Positions 19,076 through 27,506 of a DNA stretch of 64,000 nucleotides are shown here, piece by piece. The translations under genes were made by a program, and so were the position numbers. Positions within the stretch are counted from its first letter, which is position 1, and every line of letters begins with the position of its first letter. The notes below the pieces were generated by a model that made no database searches, was not told where the DNA came from, and was given only the letters and a program-made list of their open reading frames with translations. Source of the stretch: a virus (Duplodnaviria; Caudoviricetes); the IMG/VR virus record IMGVR_UViG_3300036805_000137, positions 18,451 to 82,450 of that record, one strand, 5' to 3'.

Positions 19076-19468
19076 ATGCCTAAAGTGCAGCTGCGCTCAT
19101 TCGGTTATCTGCATGGTGACCCGGCCATACCGGCACACATCACAATAGACACACGCAAGCTACTCTACGATCCACACACAGATGCCATGCTGCGTGAACT
19201 CACCGGTATGGATAAGATCATACGCGATAAAGTGATAGCATGCTCAGGCGCAGCCGGTCTCATCACCAACATGACCCGGCTGATACAGTCATTTGTACTG
19301 CAGCATGATGCACACGGTATTTTGGTACGCGTGGACATCGGTTGCAGCGGCGGCCGGCACCGTTCCGTTGTGCTGGTGCAAGAGATCGCAGAGCAATTGA
19401 TCGCAGCTGGTATCGATACTCAGATCATGCATCGTGATGTGCGCCGGCCAGTGGTGTATAGACAATGA
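19076..19468 (+). CDS. Stand-alone RapZ C-terminal-domain protein
   Basis: SFGYLHG...D.R..L.DP...L..LTGMD, IGCSGGRHRSV, HRD. Confidence 0.85.
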   Translation: MPKVQLRSFGYLHGDPAIPAHITIDTRKLLYDPHTDAMLRELTGMDKIIRDKVIACSGAAGLITNMTRLIQSFVLQHDAHGILVRVDIGCSGGRHRSVVLVQEIAEQLIAAGIDTQIMHRDVRRPVVYRQ

Positions 19469-19622
19469 CTCCCGAACAGTGGTGGAATGGCGCGCTGGAA
19501 GCAATCGCGCAGATTGCGGAAGCTGTGTTTGCGATGGGCTGGTGGGCTGTGGTGCTGAGCGCTATCATTGTCTCGGTTGGTTGGTCATTGACTTTTAACT
19601 ACGATCACTACAGGGACAGAAG

Positions 19623-19781
19623 ATGAATCATAATCTCACTATTTATGGACATGGTAACGGCACTGACCTCAGGGCAACCAAAGACCTACCCGTCATGTGC
19701 AACAAATGCTTTGCGTTGGTACCCATGGATTACGCAGCCAAGCATCTGCGTTGGCATATTGAGACAGAGGGCAGAAAATGA
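19623..19781 (+). CDS. 52-aa C2H2-type zinc-finger microprotein
   Basis: Translated by hand: CNKC-x11-HLRWH; ATGA coupling to 19778. Confidence 0.6.
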   Translation: MNHNLTIYGHGNGTDLRATKDLPVMCNKCFALVPMDYAAKHLRWHIETEGRK

Positions 19782-20350
19782 AATTACGACTCGCAACGAT
19801 TGTAGCGTGCGTTGCGCTGACCGCCGCGTGTACACCACATCCTGCATCTGGGCAGCTGCAGCAATCCATCATGTCCCCTGTAGCAATCCCGGCTGCAGCC
19901 ACCTGCCACGAGACAAACGGCAGAGCGGATGCCCACTGTTCGCCTGGGCTGTTCGCACATAGCCCTGAGGTGACCGCAGACGCGCCGCGATACAAGCACA
20001 CGCTCTGCCAGCCCAATGGAGTCAAACCGCGCTGGATAGCATCACGCCGGCCCCCTACGAGCGTCACAGACAAATGGAAGCGTGAGGTGATGGCGGCCTA
20101 CGGGATGAGTGGCCAGCCTCTGAGCTCTGTCGAGGGTGACCACATCGGCACACTGCAGCTCGATGGTGATCCCGGCTACACCCGAGGCCCGACCGGGCTG
20201 CCGATGAACTTCTACCCCGAATTGTGGGATGGCCCGGCCGGCGCACACGCCAAAGATCATGAGGAGGATTCGCTGCACAGTAAGGTATGCTCTGGTGCGC
20301 TCACGCTGGATCAGGCACAGCGCCAGCTCATCGCGGATTGGGTAAGGTGA
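19778..20350 (+). CDS. Lipoprotein with HNH-like nuclease domain
   Basis: Signal peptide and lipobox LTAAC; EGDHIGTLQLDG...N..PE...KD..E..LH..VC. Confidence 0.65.
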   Translation: MKLRLATIVACVALTAACTPHPASGQLQQSIMSPVAIPAAATCHETNGRADAHCSPGLFAHSPEVTADAPRYKHTLCQPNGVKPRWIASRRPPTSVTDKWKREVMAAYGMSGQPLSSVEGDHIGTLQLDGDPGYTRGPTGLPMNFYPELWDGPAGAHAKDHEEDSLHSKVCSGALTLDQAQRQLIADWVR

Positions 20351-20460
20351 TGATGTTTATTCCCTTGGCTGATCTATGCTGGTCAATTGATCGTAGCAAC
20401 TTTTGTGGGTATCATTCACTCACGACTACCGCACTGCAGTACTCACAATCGAGGTCAACA

Positions 20461-20751
20461 ATGGCGACAACTGATAAGACACCAACCATTCGTGAAAACC
20501 GGCGAGAATACCGGATAGCTCGCCAGATAGAAGCTGCAGAGAGACTGAAGATACTAGCTGATCTCGTATACAGCACCGATGGACGCGGGCAGCCGCTGCG
20601 CAGAGTGGTTGCACTGCTAGACGGCACGGATAACAGCCCCTTGCCTGATGAGACAGCATTCGCGCTCAATCTCGTGGTGGACCTGATCCTCAATGACCAA
20701 CCAAACCAGCGCTCTACTCCTACACCACCTGCAGACGGGACACCGGAATGA
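20461..20751 (+). CDS. Hypothetical protein
   Basis: ATG20461 after GAGG. Confidence 0.55.
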   Translation: MATTDKTPTIRENRREYRIARQIEAAERLKILADLVYSTDGRGQPLRRVVALLDGTDNSPLPDETAFALNLVVDLILNDQPNQRSTPTPPADGTPE

Positions 20752-21077
20752 CCAGCAATTCCACTGATGACATCAGCGATGGCTATCACACATTCGGTGA
20801 GCTCTACGAACACCGCACCGCGCTACTGGCCGCTCTGATGCACTGCGCACCCGAACGTGCGTGGATGTCCCGGCTGCATCATGACGGTACAGCTTACGAG
20901 GGGTTCTTTATCGCGGGGATGGAGCTGCCGGCAGGCCAGATCACCTATCACGTGCGCGATGTGTGGTGGGCTGCCTACCAACTCACCGGGGCTAACGTCT
21001 GCGACCGTGCGCCTATCTGGGATGAGCATGACCCCGCACACGTTATTGCGAGGTTGCGCTTGTGGGCGATCAGCTAA
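20748..21077 (+). CDS. Phage WDGH-type domain protein
   Basis: SDGYHTFGELYEHR...HHDG...QITYH...APIWDEH. Confidence 0.75.
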   Translation: MTSNSTDDISDGYHTFGELYEHRTALLAALMHCAPERAWMSRLHHDGTAYEGFFIAGMELPAGQITYHVRDVWWAAYQLTGANVCDRAPIWDEHDPAHVIARLRLWAIS

Positions 21078-21140
21078 AGAATTCAGCCATCACAGTCCAG
21101 CTATCAAGTATGCGTTGCCGCCAGCTGCGCCGGGCGACCG

Positions 21141-21851
21141 GTGCGCGGCGGGTACGGCGTTGGCTGGGTGGTTTGGCTCTCGTACGAGCTCGTGTGGCGG
21201 TCACGCGGGGGATCTCCTAGCCGTTGCCTGGCATGCGGTGCTGGTAGTCTAACTGTTGTGCTGGCAAACCTCACACCAACGCAGCTAGCGGTACTAAACC
21301 TCTACCGAAGCAACCAAAGCGCTAAACAAATTGGCACTGCGCTGGGTTTCAGTCGCCAGCGCGCGGATGAGATTATCGAGGCACTGCGCCGCAAAGTGCT
21401 GACTACCGACCCGTCTGAGTGGGCCACCACACGTGAGCTGCATCCGCCAGAGTCCCGGGCACAGCCGTGGCCACCGCCGGCTAGGCGAGCTCGCCAGGGT
21501 GAGTTTGTGATGCGCGCGGTGGTCCTGCCGCGCGAGGACGGGACGGATCTGCCCTACGTCCCTGACGAGTGCTCGATCACGTGGACATGGTACGGCGTGG
21601 CATCACGCCGGCTGGGTTGGTCCTGGGCAGCGTCGCGCAGCCGTCCATGGTCGATAGAGGACACCCTGACCACTTACGCGGACTGGCACACGTGGATGGA
21701 CGCAGCGCAGCGGGCGCCCTACATCATGCCCCCTGAACGCATCGTATTGCCTGAGCTGGGTACGGAAGCTTGCTATGACCCGGGCGAGCTCACCCGCACA
21801 CTAGCCTGGGTGATCGGTGTTGAGGGCCTGATCTATCCTTCCGGGGGTTAA
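21141..21851 (+). CDS. LuxR-like HTH DNA-binding protein (start probably later)
   Basis: LTPTQLAVLNL...SAKQIGTALGFSRQRADEII. Confidence 0.6.
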   Translation: MRGGYGVGWVVWLSYELVWRSRGGSPSRCLACGAGSLTVVLANLTPTQLAVLNLYRSNQSAKQIGTALGFSRQRADEIIEALRRKVLTTDPSEWATTRELHPPESRAQPWPPPARRARQGEFVMRAVVLPREDGTDLPYVPDECSITWTWYGVASRRLGWSWAASRSRPWSIEDTLTTYADWHTWMDAAQRAPYIMPPERIVLPELGTEACYDPGELTRTLAWVIGVEGLIYPSGG

Positions 21852-21855
21852 TTGA

Positions 21856-22452
21856 GTGTCCCGCACTATCCGCTACCGGGTACAAGAGGATGACCTTGCA
21901 TCAAACATCTACCGGTGCCTGGGGAAATCCAAACAAAAACCGCGGGTGCTCGCCAGTGCGCGCTTGCTGTGGTTATGCGAATTAGCGGTGATGCCCGCGC
22001 TGCCAGGAGTGTCTTTAGGCGTCAAATTCGACATGGAGCATGACGCGCCAGCGGTGCGGGGATCCTGGGTGACCGCGAGCGCAAAATGCACTATACAAAA
22101 AGGACGCTACTGGGAATGGGATGTGATTGTTTGCGATGCTTACGGGAAAATCGCAAAGTGCACGCTGGGATTTATCGCTGATGTTGATACTGAGGACTAC
22201 ACCGCACGCCGGGTCACTCCTAAACTTGCTGCCCGCAGTAGCCGGGCCTCCTGCTGGCTGTGCGCGCTTAATGCGCTCTCCCTGGTTTCATTCCTGGCTA
22301 TTCCTCTGCAGGTAGCCTACCTATGGCATGGCCGGGCTGCGATGCTGGCCACGGAGATAGCTTTCGCAGTGGGATGGCTCATTTGGCGCAAGGGTCTGCT
22401 GGCAGCGATTTGTGATCGAGTCACAATCCGGCGGAGTGGTAAAAAGCACTGA
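21856..22452 (+). CDS. Hotdog-fold thioesterase (FlK-like) fused to two C-terminal TM helices
   Basis: VLASARLLWLCE...SLGV...EHDAPA..G..V resembles fluoroacetyl-CoA thioesterase FlK. Confidence 0.6.
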   Translation: MSRTIRYRVQEDDLASNIYRCLGKSKQKPRVLASARLLWLCELAVMPALPGVSLGVKFDMEHDAPAVRGSWVTASAKCTIQKGRYWEWDVIVCDAYGKIAKCTLGFIADVDTEDYTARRVTPKLAARSSRASCWLCALNALSLVSFLAIPLQVAYLWHGRAAMLATEIAFAVGWLIWRKGLLAAICDRVTIRRSGKKH

Positions 22453-22466
22453 CTGAGGTGAGGCGA

Positions 22467-22523
22467 TCCCCCTGCCACGCGCTGGCTAGTCCTGGGCTCC
22501 AGCCGCGCCGGGTGGCAGGGGGA
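22467..22523 (+). terminator. Intrinsic terminator
   Basis: TCCCCCTGCCAC...GTGGCAGGGGGA with a T-run at 22530-22534. Confidence 0.7.
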
Positions 22524-22747
22524 CCACCATTTTTGTCAGACTCGCCACGAGGATCTGACAGCTACACAAGCGGCCACCCGCATGCCAGCACGCACAGCTT
22601 ACCTCTACTGGCCAGTAGCGCGTCAACGGCATGCTGAGCAAGGGCGTGTACACCTACTCATGTGGATCAACTTACTGACCGCTAACCTATGGCTTACCTG
22701 CGAAGACTTGACACGTCGCCCGTTCGTGCGGTACATAACGTGGTCTC

Positions 22748-22777
22748 TTGCCCGGGACAGCTCGCAAGGGGTACGCT
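22748..22777 (+). promoter_or_regulatory. Promoter for the recombination/replication operon
   Basis: TTGCCC-18-TACGCT upstream of the AGGAG RBS. Confidence 0.45.
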
Positions 22778-22844
22778 AAGGCCTCTGTGCGCCACGCACA
22801 CCCGCGGACTCGCCACCGCTGACAGACCTACAGGAGAGTGGTAT

Positions 22845-23351
22845 ATGGCCACGCCCGGATCCAGCATGCCCAACCAAGCCGAGGTCGATCAAATTCTGCG
22901 TGAGCTCGGTGTTCCGATACTTTCCCGGCCACCGGCTCTACCGCCCGATGCCAGCCCGGAAGATCCTGCCGTCATCGCATCAGCATCCCAGTTGCGCAAG
23001 GCTGAAAAAGACGGCAAGCCAGTCACCCAGTTCATCGCTACCCCCGGCGACCGGCTAGAGCAGTTGTATGATGAGTATGCGCAGCTCAAGCCGCAACTCG
23101 ATGCGCTGCAGGCTCGTGTGGAGGAATTGAAAGATTCTGTTAAGGCCACCCTGCATCACCTCGATCCCAGAGCAACAAAAGTGCAACTATTCCGGCTAGG
23201 CCGGTCCGATGGCCTCACGCTCGCAGCTGAGGAAAAAACCTATGTCAACAGCGATGTGCTCAAAGCACAGTTCCCCGCGGCTTACGCGGCTGCCGTGTAT
23301 AAGAAACCGCAGTGGGGATTGCGCTGGGTCGGCTCTAGGTCTAGAGGGTAG
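22845..23351 (+). CDS. Coiled-coil protein resembling the C-terminal region of YqaJ-type recombinases
   Basis: LYDEYAQLK...EELKDSVK...DVLKAQFPAAY. Confidence 0.6.
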   Translation: MATPGSSMPNQAEVDQILRELGVPILSRPPALPPDASPEDPAVIASASQLRKAEKDGKPVTQFIATPGDRLEQLYDEYAQLKPQLDALQARVEELKDSVKATLHHLDPRATKVQLFRLGRSDGLTLAAEEKTYVNSDVLKAQFPAAYAAAVYKKPQWGLRWVGSRSRG

Positions 23352-23353
23352 GG

Positions 23354-23593
23354 ATGATGAAACGTGCAGCAATCGGCACAGCTGTGTGTGTCGGTGTCAT
23401 CTTCCTATCATTAGTGACCGGAATCATCCGGGTAGGTATGTGGACTGGTCCGGGGGGGTTCACAGACGGCAAAGATCATCAAGTTGTTGAGATCACCATG
23501 CTCAATGAGATTGGTTATTCATTCGGTAATCCGCATACCGGCTGGTTTCGTCCTATGCAGTCAAATCTTGAACTAGGGGGGAGAGGGTTTTGA
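23354..23593 (+). CDS. Membrane-anchored hypothetical protein
   Basis: N-terminal TM helix. Confidence 0.6.
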   Translation: MMKRAAIGTAVCVGVIFLSLVTGIIRVGMWTGPGGFTDGKDHQVVEITMLNEIGYSFGNPHTGWFRPMQSNLELGGRGF

Positions 23594-23811
23594 CCGTCCA
23601 CGAACTGATACAGCTTCTAGACAGGATGCCACAAGAGATCGAAGTTTATTTCATGGACAGTGACCGCGACTGGGTACCTCTGCGGGATAGCGATATTCGC
23701 AAAGGGTTCTTTGCCAAGGTGGGTACGGATTCAGCCCGCGGGTGCAGCTTCTTTGTGGTTGATGAAGATGACGATAAAGATCCGCCCAATGGAATCAGCA
23801 TCGGTACGTAA
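23590..23811 (+). CDS. Hypothetical protein
   Basis: MTVHELIQLLDRMPQEIEV, a common phage small-protein start. Confidence 0.65.
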   Translation: MTVHELIQLLDRMPQEIEVYFMDSDRDWVPLRDSDIRKGFFAKVGTDSARGCSFFVVDEDDDKDPPNGISIGT

Positions 23812-23837
23812 ATGGCATACGATCGGGGATAGGAATT

Positions 23838-24524
23838 ATGGCAAAACGGGGTAGATGGCCAATGCTCATCATTGAGCACTACAATGGTGAGATAACTGAG
23901 ATCAGTGTGCAACACGGCTGGGAGCGCAACAGCTGGGAATTGATTGTCAATGCCGATGACGACTCTAGCCGTACTGTGTTCCCGATTGCAGGGAACGTCA
24001 AGAGCTACACCGTTGTCAAGCGCAGCCGCCAAGCAATCCTAGACGAACGTGTCCGCGACCTCGCACATGATGTGCGCAACCGGACCTGCAAACACGGCAG
24101 CAAGCTGTCAGCGTGTGCAACCTGCGTGCTCGATGATAAAGACTTTCGAGACTACAGCCAAAGCTGCAAGCACGGTGCACCCCTGCTGAGTGAATGGTGT
24201 AGCGCTTGCGCTTATGAGCTGCGTAAAGCAGATGCCCAAAGCCGATTCAGACCAACCATACTCACTGAACTACGCAACATCATGCACAGTGGCACTATCA
24301 CTGGTCACGGCGGTTTGTCGGATCCACCACCCGACCCCGTATGTCCACACGTGCCTCCTGGTTATCCAGCATGCAGACACTGCACCCCCAAATTTGATTG
24401 CATTCATGGCAGCCCACCATGCGCGAGTTGCGAGGACATGACGTGTACCCATGGCGGCCACCCGGCTACCTGCGTGTTCTGTGCAGAATCCGCGAAAAAT
24501 CCGACTGTCAGACCCCCGCGGTAG
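23838..24524 (+). CDS. Cys/His-rich protein with repeated CxHG...CxxC units
   Basis: CKHG..C..C, CKHG...C..C, CPH...C..C, CIHG..C..C, CTHG...C..C. Confidence 0.65.
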   Translation: MAKRGRWPMLIIEHYNGEITEISVQHGWERNSWELIVNADDDSSRTVFPIAGNVKSYTVVKRSRQAILDERVRDLAHDVRNRTCKHGSKLSACATCVLDDKDFRDYSQSCKHGAPLLSEWCSACAYELRKADAQSRFRPTILTELRNIMHSGTITGHGGLSDPPPDPVCPHVPPGYPACRHCTPKFDCIHGSPPCASCEDMTCTHGGHPATCVFCAESAKNPTVRPPR

Positions 24525-24533
24525 CGTGCTGGC

Positions 24534-25370
24534 ATGGCCACACTCAAGCCTCCTGCACCCGCAGACTTCATGGCGCGGGCGCCTAAGCCGTTCAGCGGCA
24601 ACACTGCCTGGGCCGAGAGCTACGCACTGGCGCTACGCCGGGTGGTAGTCGATTACGCCAACCACTCGCCACGGACCTTGCAGAAAGAACTTGGACCTAG
24701 CGAGATCGGTACCCCGTGTGACCGGCAGGTGGTGGGCAAGCTAGCCGACATCGAGCGGACCAACCACATCGTTGACCCGTGGGCCAGCATCGTGGGCACC
24801 GCGCTGCATGCCTGGTTTGCCCAAGCATTCGACTGGGATAACCGCTATCACAACTATGTGCGCTGGCTTACGGAATTCCGCGTGCATCCACACCCTGACC
24901 ACCCGGGTACCGGCGATTTGTACGACTTCACAGAGGAGGCAGTAGTAGACCACAAAAACTTGGGTGAAACCCCGATGAAACACTTGCGCAACCATGGGCC
25001 GGTGCGGCGATATTTCGTACAGAAACTGGCCTACGCGCGGGGTTTCCGGCTGATGGGCCTGCCAGTCCGGCGCACTGTACTCGTGGCATGGCCTCGCACC
25101 AAATCAAGCCTCGCTACCACCTATGTCTATGAGCACACCCTCACGCCTGCAGATGATGTGTTGCTCGATGATGTATTCACATGGATGCAGGTGCGCAAAG
25201 CACTGGCTACCGCGGTGCGCGATGGTGTGCTCTCACTCAATGACATCACGCCTACCCCTTCGGATGAGGAGTGTTATTTTTGCCCATTCTATCGCGCTGA
25301 TGTACTGACCGATCCCAATGCCACCGGATGTGCTGGGCATCATCTCATCGCCGGCCGGATGAAAAAATGA
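24534..25370 (+). CDS. Cas4/RecB-like PD-(D/E)XK exonuclease
   Basis: GPSEIGTPC, GTALH, GTGDLYD...VVDHK, Q..AY, CYFCPF Fe-S motif. Confidence 0.85.
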   Translation: MATLKPPAPADFMARAPKPFSGNTAWAESYALALRRVVVDYANHSPRTLQKELGPSEIGTPCDRQVVGKLADIERTNHIVDPWASIVGTALHAWFAQAFDWDNRYHNYVRWLTEFRVHPHPDHPGTGDLYDFTEEAVVDHKNLGETPMKHLRNHGPVRRYFVQKLAYARGFRLMGLPVRRTVLVAWPRTKSSLATTYVYEHTLTPADDVLLDDVFTWMQVRKALATAVRDGVLSLNDITPTPSDEECYFCPFYRADVLTDPNATGCAGHHLIAGRMKK

Positions 25371-25597
25371 GAGCCAGAATCATGCCAGAATTTAACTATG
25401 GATCTGCTTATGAGCAACTTGTCCAGCATGCACTAGACAATCCCATGCCTGATGATTTACACAAGCATCTGGGAGATTTGTTGGAAGCTGTGACTATGAA
25501 TCGCGGATTAGACCACGGTGAGGCAATGAGCGTAATCGAAATTGCCTATCCCTTGATACGTGACTACTTGGCTTCTGTTGCAGATGAAGGGAGGTGA
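25367..25597 (+). CDS. Hypothetical protein
   Basis: ATGA-coupled ORF. Confidence 0.6.
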   Translation: MRARIMPEFNYGSAYEQLVQHALDNPMPDDLHKHLGDLLEAVTMNRGLDHGEAMSVIEIAYPLIRDYLASVADEGR

Positions 25598-25677
25598 ACA
25601 AATAAAACACTGAATACACTAGCATAATACCCCCATACTAACCCAGACTCGCACACACAGATGGAAAGGCATAACAC

Positions 25678-26910
25678 ATGACTACTTCTACCGTTGCCCC
25701 TCCCGGCCCCCCGCCGGTTGAGGGAGCGCAGTGGAATGGTGAGCGGTGGTTTACCTACAATGCAGCTACCAACGCCTGGGATGTGGTACCCGAGGCACCG
25801 ACCACTCCACCGTTACCGGCCGCTGCCAGCAATGGGGACGGGACAGACAAGCCCAAGCCGCAAATGGTGATGGGCACACTCACCGACTATTTCGACCAGC
25901 AAGCCGCACAAGGCGGTTCCGGTAAGACATGGAAATTCCACCAGAAACCGGTAGGAACTTCCTACCGCGGGATTGTCGCCACTGACATTGACGTCCGGGT
26001 GGTCGCTCAGACTGACAGTGAGGGCAAAGTCATTGAGCAGAACGGGCAGAAAAAATACCAACTGCTCGTGCCCATGTTGGTGATGCCTGAGGGTGAATAC
26101 ACCGATGGGCATGCTACCGCAGTGTTTAAGGCCGGTGATGGCCGTGACAAGCTCAATGCGGCTATGGCCGCGGTAGGTGCTCCGTTGACCACTGATGAGG
26201 CCTCTGGCCGCGCTGGATATGTTCCGCAGCCCGGTGCATTTATCCAAATGACCAAGGTGGCAGAACAGCAAGGCAAAACTGCAAAAGGTGAGGGTTTCAC
26301 CAAGTACATCTATGAGGTGCACTACCGCAACCCGGATGATCCGAACATCGCGGCGATCCGGGCTGAGATCGAGGGCGCGGTTGCCGCTGTCGAGGATGCC
26401 CCACCACCGCCCGAGATGAGATATGACCCAACTACCCGTCAGTGGGTGATGGTGGCGCCCGCAGCGGCCGGGCCAGCCACACCAGCGGTCACGGCACCCC
26501 CGGTGCCCGCAGCGACCAACTCAGCACCAGCCACACCGGCTCCGCCAGCTACCGCGCCAGCACCTGCATCAGTACCTCCAGCAACCACACCACTGCCACC
26601 GCCGGCAGCGACACCACCCGCAGTGCCACCTACAGCGCCAGCAAGCCCGGTAGTGCCGCCACCTAGTGCACCACCGGCCGCGCAGTCGGCAGCGGCTGTC
26701 CAGGCGGCTGCAGCTCACGTAGCTACGGCAGACGGCTCGCCAGCGGCTGTCAATGGAGCTGTTCCGGCCGCGGCACCGCCGGCTCCGCAGATCACCCGTG
26801 AGCAGTGGGCGCAGATGCAGCCCGCCGTGCGCGCGGTGGTGGCTGAGAAAACCGGGGTAGCCATCCCCGATGATCTCAACCCGGCTCACGCATCGTTTGC
26901 CGGCAACTAG
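25678..26910 (+). CDS. Probable ssDNA-binding protein with a long Pro/Ala tail
   Basis: Beta-rich core (WKF...G.V...QTD...QLLV) next to the exonuclease; low-complexity C-terminus. Confidence 0.6.
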   Translation: MTTSTVAPPGPPPVEGAQWNGERWFTYNAATNAWDVVPEAPTTPPLPAAASNGDGTDKPKPQMVMGTLTDYFDQQAAQGGSGKTWKFHQKPVGTSYRGIVATDIDVRVVAQTDSEGKVIEQNGQKKYQLLVPMLVMPEGEYTDGHATAVFKAGDGRDKLNAAMAAVGAPLTTDEASGRAGYVPQPGAFIQMTKVAEQQGKTAKGEGFTKYIYEVHYRNPDDPNIAAIRAEIEGAVAAVEDAPPPPEMRYDPTTRQWVMVAPAAAGPATPAVTAPPVPAATNSAPATPAPPATAPAPASVPPATTPLPPPAATPPAVPPTAPASPVVPPPSAPPAAQSAAAVQAAAAHVATADGSPAAVNGAVPAAAPPAPQITREQWAQMQPAVRAVVAEKTGVAIPDDLNPAHASFAGN

Positions 26911-26934
26911 GCAACTAGCCGAGACATCCACTTG

Positions 26935-26980
26935 CCGGGGGGTCAGCGTGTACACGTCCTGGTGTCAGTTGACCCCCCGG
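26935..26980. terminator. Hairpin with GTGTACAC in the loop
   Basis: CCGGGGGGTCA...TGACCCCCCGG. Confidence 0.5.
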
Positions 26981-27166
26981 CCCCTACCCAAACCACAAAC
27001 AAAGGACAATGACATGCCGAAAAAGCCCACCAAAGTAGAGCGAGTAAAACGAGCTGCGGATAAGGTAGATCGCAGTGTAGACAAGGTACTCAAAGTTACT
27101 GATTGGTTTGGCAGAAAATAGAATATCAGCAGATCAACATCACTTCACCTAAAGGACTCGCCACCC

Positions 27167-27496
27167 ATGCCCGAAAACACCGATGAGACCACACTCTTTG
27201 TGCCTATGCGCCGGTACTTCCGTCCGAACGGTCACAGCGAGATGGGTCACCTCATAATCCCAGACGCGCGGACCCCTGATCGATTGTCACGTCTGGAGTG
27301 GATCTCACACGAAAAAATCGAATTCACTATGGAAGCATTCCCTAACATGGTCAACATCTGTATGGATGACGGCTCATTCGATTACAAATACGAGGTTGTG
27401 CCGCATCCTGATGTCAACACCAAGGTATTGGAGCTGATCGACAACTTCAATTTACAGGACTACCGCAACACTGCCACCCTGCAGGCCAGCGACTAG
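27167..27496 (+). CDS. Hypothetical protein
   Basis: AAAGGA RBS, 109 aa. Confidence 0.7.
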   Translation: MPENTDETTLFVPMRRYFRPNGHSEMGHLIIPDARTPDRLSRLEWISHEKIEFTMEAFPNMVNICMDDGSFDYKYEVVPHPDVNTKVLELIDNFNLQDYRNTATLQASD

Positions 27497-27506
27497 GCCC
27501 GCACGA

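Noticed and set aside
24534-25370. Cas4-like gene as part of a CRISPR system
   Set aside because: No repeat-spacer array or other cas genes; solo Cas4-like exonucleases next to SSB genes are normal phage recombination genes
26400-26830. Apparent tandem repeats in the SSB-like gene
   Set aside because: Imperfect codon-level repeats explained by a Pro/Ala-rich tail
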